From contig CAZUVH010000002.1 in the NCBI GenBank assembly GCA_964623775.1, forward strand, positions 110,454-174,453: 64,000 bases of DNA, written 5' to 3'. Position numbers and translations under genes: made by a program. The stretch is from an uncultured Candidatus Saccharibacteria bacterium. Its GTDB lineage: Bacteria > Patescibacteriota > Minisyncoccia > Phycocordibacterales > UBA2100. The notes under the pieces were generated by a model. That model had not been told where the DNA came from, made no database searches, and saw only the letters and a program-made list of their open reading frames with translations. Below are positions 58,858 to 64,000 of the stretch, one piece after another. How positions within the stretch are numbered: the stretch's first letter is position 1; each line of letters begins with the position of its first letter.

Positions 58858-60594
58858 TTACCTCATCCGCAAGCTCCACACGGCACCGTTGTGGATGTAC
58901 ATGACTTTGTCATCCCAATTGGCGAGTGCCATGTCGGTTGCAACCTGCTTATCCTTGATCTTGTTCACCGTACCGCTTCGCGGCACGAAGATCACAAGCT
59001 CGCCGTCTTCGACGATGGTAGCGCACACACCTTTTGGCAGTATCGCGATGTTCAGATCGGCATTGTCCGTGCCTCCCTGCCACAGCGTATAACTGCTGTA
59101 ATCAGCGCTGAAGCTGAGCTCGAATTTCCGGAATGCACCGGTTTTGTCGATTCCTGCGAGTGAGACGAAGCGGTTGCCCGCTTTGCCCGCAAGCAGCTTT
59201 ATGCCATCGAGCTCTCGCACACGCACCGAGATACAGGCACTTTCGCCAAATGGCAGCACGAGGAACTGTGCGCCGAGCGCATCCTGAACTCCGACGCCGT
59301 CGTACCATTTTGTGGACTGCGGCGAGAGAATCTGAGTGCGCCGTCCGATCGAAAGGAGCGGGCGACCCACCTGCAGAAGCTGCAACTCCATCAATTCGCT
59401 TTCGGCGACAAGGAACAGACGGTTTTCAAAACGCACCGTCTTGTAACCGTTTTGCGCGAGCGGAAGCGATTGCTGCACACGCGTGCGATCGTCGATGAAT
59501 GAGTATGCCGGTTTCCCGAGGACCCAGTCAGCGAGCAGCCATCCATTTTCGACTTTGACGACTTCGCCGTTGCCCGAGCTCATGCGTCCGATATCACGCT
59601 TGGTGGTGAGATCGACCACGATACCCGAGGCAAGAAGCACCGCACCGCACGGATAGATCCGTACGACAGCATCGCCTGCTTTTTCGAATATCTTTTCGAA
59701 CACGAGCGCTCCTGTAGCCGTCGTCGTGACCCTGAGAGTTCGGGCTGCCGCAGGAATTGCTGCGACGCCCTTATCGTAGGGTGATGGCGGCACTGTGCGC
59801 ACGCCTTTTTCAAATGTCGCTTCGTACCAACCGAGGAGGGCATTCGGAACGCATTTGAAATCGCGTACTGCCGCGTTGAGCCCTACACCATTGTGGAAGA
59901 CTGAGGCGTTCGCTTTCATTCGCGCTTCCATATCGCCCGGCTTAAATCCGCTGAGTGATCCCCGGTACGGATGGATGCCCGTGAATATCTGGAAGGTCAC
60001 GATTCCCCATGAGAACCAGTCAGAGAGTTTCGTGTATCCATTTGTATGCCAATCTTTGATGGACGGCATGATTGCTTTCGGACCAAATCGGCCGACAGCC
60101 CATGAATCCACATCAATGGCACGCGGCTCCGGGCCGTTTTTGCCTGCGAGGAACGCAATCCAGTTGAGCTCATTGGCATCGACCATGACCGCATTTCGAT
60201 CATGCGCGAAGACAGTCGTCTCGTGCATACGAGCGACAAGTGTATGTGCTTCACCATCACCAAACTTTTCGCGATTGCGAAACGCGTTGGTGAAGATGCG
60301 AGGCAGTGCCTCACCTTCCGCCCACGGCATGTAGATGCCGATCGGCTTACCCTTACCATCAGTCACGACGCCTTCCGGTGCCATGATGTACTGATGCTTG
60401 AGAGGCTTCAGCAGCTGGATCTTCTCCGCAATGCCGTCGCGTCGCATCTTGTCGGGATCAGTGTAGAGCTTAATGCTCGTACCCAAAGAGCGGTAGACCG
60501 ATGCTTCTCCGCCGCTCGCGACATAGTCGCTCGGGCGAAGTGTCAACGGTCCACGACCTTCGAGTTCTACTTTCAGGTTTCCACTTGGAGCCAT
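58858..60594 (-). CDS. TerY-P-type protein kinase with beta-rich C-terminal region
   Basis: SGGEASVY, IKLY, DANELN, IDVDSW, SDWFS......F.GIHPY. Confidence 0.85.
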   Translation of the reverse strand: MAPSGNLKVELEGRGPLTLRPSDYVASGGEASVYRSLGTSIKLYTDPDKMRRDGIAEKIQLLKPLKHQYIMAPEGVVTDGKGKPIGIYMPWAEGEALPRIFTNAFRNREKFGDGEAHTLVARMHETTVFAHDRNAVMVDANELNWIAFLAGKNGPEPRAIDVDSWAVGRFGPKAIMPSIKDWHTNGYTKLSDWFSWGIVTFQIFTGIHPYRGSLSGFKPGDMEARMKANASVFHNGVGLNAAVRDFKCVPNALLGWYEATFEKGVRTVPPSPYDKGVAAIPAAARTLRVTTTATGALVFEKIFEKAGDAVVRIYPCGAVLLASGIVVDLTTKRDIGRMSSGNGEVVKVENGWLLADWVLGKPAYSFIDDRTRVQQSLPLAQNGYKTVRFENRLFLVAESELMELQLLQVGRPLLSIGRRTQILSPQSTKWYDGVGVQDALGAQFLVLPFGESACISVRVRELDGIKLLAGKAGNRFVSLAGIDKTGAFRKFELSFSADYSSYTLWQGGTDNADLNIAILPKGVCATIVEDGELVIFVPRSGTVNKIKDKQVATDMALANWDDKVMYIHNGAVWSLRMR

Positions 60595-61442
60595 CAGACG
60601 TCTCCTTCTTGGTGTTCGACGCGCACCATCGCATAGGCGATGTCGTCGAGCGGCCCTTTGCCTACCTTGCGCGCGTCTTTAACAAACGCATTCAGGCGTC
60701 GTTTAACGAAGACGCCTTCGACACCTTTGAACGCGAGCAGTTGCAGCACTACGTCTTTCCAATCCACTCCCTCGACCTGCGTGACGCCGTCGCTGAATAC
60801 AGCGACAAATGAGACTTGTTCCGGTGACAGATTCAAGGTAACACCCTGAATTCCCGCCGCGACCGTCAATTCACTTGCGAATGACTCTCCGGTCGATTTA
60901 TTCCACGTTTCCCATCTGAGCGCCTGCTTATATGCACCACCGTGAGTCTTTATGAATGACTCGTATCCGTCGGTACTGTAGGCAGGATAGAGAGGAGTAT
61001 TGTTGGTCCAATCGAAACGATGGAGAAACATCTCCCCATTCCTAAAAATGACCGCAACGACACCGTCGCCGCGAACATTTACAACGCATGTCTCTTGTGA
61101 CATGGCCACATACGAACACGTGGCAAGCATGTCACTCGTCTCAAGCTGAAGCTTGTTTTTCACAGCGTTCATAGTGCTCTGCTGATGGTCATTGATGAAC
61201 CCTGCCGCATCAAGAGAGAGTAAAAACGATTGCCAATTCTTACGAATCGCCGTTGCCGTCGTATGGGTCACTATTCGCGCACCCACATCGGTGTGTCCAC
61301 CACTTGAGCACCCGTCGGAGACGATCGCGTATGCGACGCCATCGTGAATTCCTGAGAGCGAGTGATCCTGACATGGTTTGCCGGAGATCACGTGATGGTG
61401 ACCGATCAGGAAGTGATCATCCGTATGGAATTTCAACTTCAT
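60594..61442 (-). CDS. PP2C-like phosphatase (TerY-P type)
   Basis: IG..H...GKPCQD, VSDGCSS, ATC, GDG, FSDG, DD; its stop overlaps the kinase start. Confidence 0.88.
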   Translation of the reverse strand: MKLKFHTDDHFLIGHHHVISGKPCQDHSLSGIHDGVAYAIVSDGCSSGGHTDVGARIVTHTTATAIRKNWQSFLLSLDAAGFINDHQQSTMNAVKNKLQLETSDMLATCSYVAMSQETCVVNVRGDGVVAVIFRNGEMFLHRFDWTNNTPLYPAYSTDGYESFIKTHGGAYKQALRWETWNKSTGESFASELTVAAGIQGVTLNLSPEQVSFVAVFSDGVTQVEGVDWKDVVLQLLAFKGVEGVFVKRRLNAFVKDARKVGKGPLDDIAYAMVRVEHQEGDV

Positions 61443-61460
61443 TGCATTTCCCCTTCTTCA

Positions 61461-61494
61461 GAAAAGAATAAGGGAGGGAGCTGTGCCCCCTCCC
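61461..61494 (-). terminator. Internal terminator/attenuator after the vWA gene
   Basis: GGGAGGG/CCCTCCC stem followed by UUAUUCUUUU on the - strand. Confidence 0.55.
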
Positions 61495-61513
61495 CGTGGT
61501 TGCCGGCCATCGA

Positions 61514-62269
61514 TCAGATGGCGGCGGCGATAGCTTGACTTGGTCCGCCCGTGCCCTGCGCGAGCGCCTGGCTCGAGACAGACTGCGAGACGAACGCGGC
61601 GAGCTTCGCGAGATTGCGCTCGGTCGCGTCGCCGGCCTTCCGATAGTGCGTCATGCCGGTCTTCTGCTGGAACGCCTGCAACGTCGCATCGTACTGGTCG
61701 GTATTGATGCCGACGAGAATCGAGATCAGGGATTCGAGCTTCTCGCTCGTGACCGCCTGCTCGAGCGCCTTCTTCAGTGCCGCTTCCGTCATCGTGGAAT
61801 CGAGCTCTGCACCATCAGAGAAGGTGAAGAGGATTCCATTCGCTCCGTAGTCGTTCTTCGCAAGCTCCTCGGCGTAGGTCAGTGTCGCTCCGACGCCTGA
61901 ATAACAGCCGTCGATAAGCGGAGTGCCACCGCCGATCTTGATGGAATCGTAGACAGTTTCGTCGATGTCCGCGAGTGGCTTGAAGCCATGGATCTCGATG
62001 ACACCCTTGTCGGCTCGCGTGGTAAACACGATTGCACGCACCATGATGTTGTCGGACATCGGATTCTTGCGACAGGCACCGACGGCCATCTTGACCATCT
62101 TGATGATTTCACCCCGGTACGGGATGACCGAGCTGCTGCCGTCGATCGCGAAGGTGACGAGCGTGTAGGTGCTCGCGCCGAGCCTGTCGAAGCGAGCGCC
62201 GGTAAATGCGAATCCGCCTTTGCCCGCGATGTTGAATTCCTGCATATCGTCTTGGTCGAGACGAGGCAT
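61514..62269 (-). CDS. TerY-like vWA protein
   Basis: MIDAS DGSSS, GGGTPL, FSDG; ends FVSQSVSSQ..A.G.GGPS; AAGGAG SD. Confidence 0.88.
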   Translation of the reverse strand: MPRLDQDDMQEFNIAGKGGFAFTGARFDRLGASTYTLVTFAIDGSSSVIPYRGEIIKMVKMAVGACRKNPMSDNIMVRAIVFTTRADKGVIEIHGFKPLADIDETVYDSIKIGGGTPLIDGCYSGVGATLTYAEELAKNDYGANGILFTFSDGAELDSTMTEAALKKALEQAVTSEKLESLISILVGINTDQYDATLQAFQQKTGMTHYRKAGDATERNLAKLAAFVSQSVSSQALAQGTGGPSQAIAAAI

Positions 62270-62352
62270 AGTGGTATCTCCTTGCTGTTGCTGGTAGGTA
62301 GTTCTGCTGCGGGCGGAATTGCCCGCAGCCGTTGTTGCGATTGTGATTCCGA

Positions 62353-63270
62353 TTACGCGAGGAAGTCGGTCGACTTCATCAGCGTCATGCCGCGCGCTTC
62401 CATGTCTTTCAGGAATTGCGCTGCGATGGCGGGGAAGTCGACGACATTCGGGATCGCCGGTACGGGCGACATACAGTCGGTGAGAAGAATCATCTTCTTC
62501 ACGTGCTCGTCGCCGATGTTGTCGGCGATCTGCTCGACGGTACGCTTCACACAATGACTCGATGCCCAGCCCGCGACGCCGATCATATCGGCCTTCTGGA
62601 GCGTAGTAACGAGTCCCCCGTTCAGCTGCGTCGAAGGATCGTCCGGATCGACGACTTCCGCCATGAGGCCGCCGAAGTGCTCGCGCCACACGTTGGAACC
62701 CTTGGTGACCTTATTGGCAACACCCATGTACTTGCGTTCCCAACGCGTAACGGCGGCTTCGACATCGGACTGGACTCCGTGGCCCCACGTGCCGATACGG
62801 CAGTGCGGCGGCCAGATCGTGTGCTTGAAGGGACTTGTTGCTTCGAGCGCGACAAGATATTCCTGCTGGCGTTTTTGGTAAGCCGGATTGCGAGCGCGCC
62901 ACATGCCGGCCTTCATGTTGTCGGCCGTGATCATGGTGAACGGCCCCGGCGGTCTGCCGTTGTCGTCGCGCCACATATCAGGATGTCCGATATGCATCAC
63001 ATGATGCGAGTCGAGCGTTTCGTGGATGTCGTTCAGTTTGTGACCGACGCGATCGATAAGCGCCGCGAGGCGCTTGGCATCGGAAACAGCGCCCTTGACG
63101 GGGAGTGCCGCGACGTTCAGGGTCGAAGGAAGATCCTTGACCTTCATGTCGGACGAACGGATGTCACCACTGAGAATCGTCTCGGTGAGCGGACTGCCGT
63201 CGTCGTTGCCCATGAAGTCGTTCTGCGGGTCGACGATGAAAAGGTCGACCTTGAGAGTGCCTCTCGACAT
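62353..63270 (-). CDS. Nicotinamidase/isochorismatase-family cysteine hydrolase
   Basis: VDPQNDF, LPV.GA, TLDSH, IWPPHC..GT.G, VTKG, SSHCV (Asp-Lys-Cys triad); GGAG SD. Confidence 0.88.
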   Translation of the reverse strand: MSRGTLKVDLFIVDPQNDFMGNDDGSPLTETILSGDIRSSDMKVKDLPSTLNVAALPVKGAVSDAKRLAALIDRVGHKLNDIHETLDSHHVMHIGHPDMWRDDNGRPPGPFTMITADNMKAGMWRARNPAYQKRQQEYLVALEATSPFKHTIWPPHCRIGTWGHGVQSDVEAAVTRWERKYMGVANKVTKGSNVWREHFGGLMAEVVDPDDPSTQLNGGLVTTLQKADMIGVAGWASSHCVKRTVEQIADNIGDEHVKKMILLTDCMSPVPAIPNVVDFPAIAAQFLKDMEARGMTLMKSTDFLA

Positions 63271-63366
63271 AGTGCTTCTCCAAGCTTGCAAGACCCGTTC
63301 AACTTCGGTGGGTCTTATAACCGTTTGTATTTCAAAGAACCTTGGTCCATGCCATATGCACTGACC

Positions 63367-63385
63367 TAGTGTATAAAATACACTA
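63367..63385. promoter_or_regulatory. NrtR-type operator palindrome
   Basis: TAGTGTAT-AAA-ATACACTA (GT-N7-AC core), lying between a TTGACA-16-TAGATT promoter (63414-63441, - strand) and the hydrolase start. Confidence 0.65.
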
Positions 63386-63443
63386 AGTAAAATACATTGC
63401 AAGGAGCTGCAGAAATCTACAATATTCGTCTAAAATGTCAACC

Positions 63444-63481
63444 AAAAAGAGCGGCCGCCTTACGGAGAGTAAGGCGGCCGC
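63444..63481 (-). terminator. Terminator after the cytidyltransferase gene
   Basis: 13-bp GCGGCCGCCTTAC/GTAAGGCGGCCGC stem followed by a U-tract. Confidence 0.8.
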
Positions 63482-63491
63482 GTATGTAAAG

Positions 63492-63989
63492 TTACGGGCG
63501 TTTTGCGACGAGACGTGCTGCTTCGGAGATGATCTGTGTTGTCGAGGTGTGCTCGACGACATCACGAATAATCTTGATCTTGCCGGCGTGTTCCCTCCCG
63601 ACGATTTCCGCTTCCCGACCGACAAAAGCATCGTTTTTGAAAATAAAGTCGGGCTTTATGATGCGCGAAATCGTCCCATGATCGGCAAGGGAATGCATGA
63701 TGAATGCGAAGGCGACAGGCTTCAGCGCGTCTACCATCTGGACACGACGGGAGTCGTAAATGATGGGACGCCCTTCACCTTTCCGCTCACGTACCAATTC
63801 ATCAGAATCGATCCCGACGAAAAGAATGTCGCAGTCGCGCCGGCACCGCGTGAAAAAAAGCACGTGGTGATAGTGCAGGAGATCGTACGAACCGGTCGCG
63901 AGGCCGACAGACTTGCCCGACATACGCGCCTGATTGAGATACGTCTCGATGACGCTGATAGCATCCGTGTCGTGAAGATCGAATTGCAT
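63492..63989 (-). CDS. Cytidylyl/adenylyltransferase family protein (RfaE2/TagD-like)
   Basis: ATGSYDLLHYHH (HxGH variant), LFVGIDSD..V...KG..RP, TSTT.II. Confidence 0.88.
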   Translation of the reverse strand: MQFDLHDTDAISVIETYLNQARMSGKSVGLATGSYDLLHYHHVLFFTRCRRDCDILFVGIDSDELVRERKGEGRPIIYDSRRVQMVDALKPVAFAFIMHSLADHGTISRIIKPDFIFKNDAFVGREAEIVGREHAGKIKIIRDVVEHTSTTQIISEAARLVAKRP

Positions 63990-64000
63990 CTCTTTCTCCC

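Noticed and set aside
61514-62689. 391-aa ORF suggesting an N-terminally extended vWA or a frameshift fusion with the hydrolase
   Set aside because: The extension overlaps the hydrolase out of frame; a clear AAGGAG SD precedes ATG 62269
63492-63989. Cytidyltransferase as the NMN adenylyltransferase of the NAD-linked operon
   Set aside because: Motifs fit RfaE2/TagD rather than NadD/NadM, and a strong terminator plus a new promoter separate it; a link cannot be excluded without sequence beyond the window
1-64000. CRISPR array, integrase, transposase, prophage structural genes, rRNA
   Set aside because: No regularly spaced direct repeats and no recognisable ORFs or motifs for these were found

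Overview
A gene-dense bacterial chromosome segment in genetic code 11 (TGA is used as a stop). Gene content and style point to a Patescibacteria/CPR genome, probably Parcubacteria (inference): short UvrC without HhH, DUF5667 protein, class F sortase, lone pyrB, core genes without Shine-Dalgarno sites, and many ORFans. Core genes are yqeY, an ECF sigma factor, class I aldolase, tRNA-Ala, ddl, uvrABC, murB, tyrS, msrA, lysS, Fur-ZIP-YibE/F, dgkA-PAP2-uppP, pyrB, an M29 aminopeptidase, gdhA, a two-component pair, ald, guaC and obg. Single-gene ORFan units with their own promoter, SD and terminator sit between them. The best candidate for a new system is a ~9 kb phospho-signalling island (54.5-63.4 kb). 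It has a nicotinamidase-like hydrolase, vWA, PP2C and kinase (TerY-P-like triad) behind an NrtR-type operator, a divergent second PP2C, and a second operon of J-domain Ser/Thr kinase, vWA and a degenerate pyruvate-kinase barrel. Other highlights are three promoter- and terminator-bounded structured non-coding units, a 101-bp element with 15-bp inverted repeats, a repeat-fibre plus sortase locus, two small ORFs missed by the ORF track, and a gene broken by one in-frame TAG. All family assignments come from motif reading and memory, not database searches.
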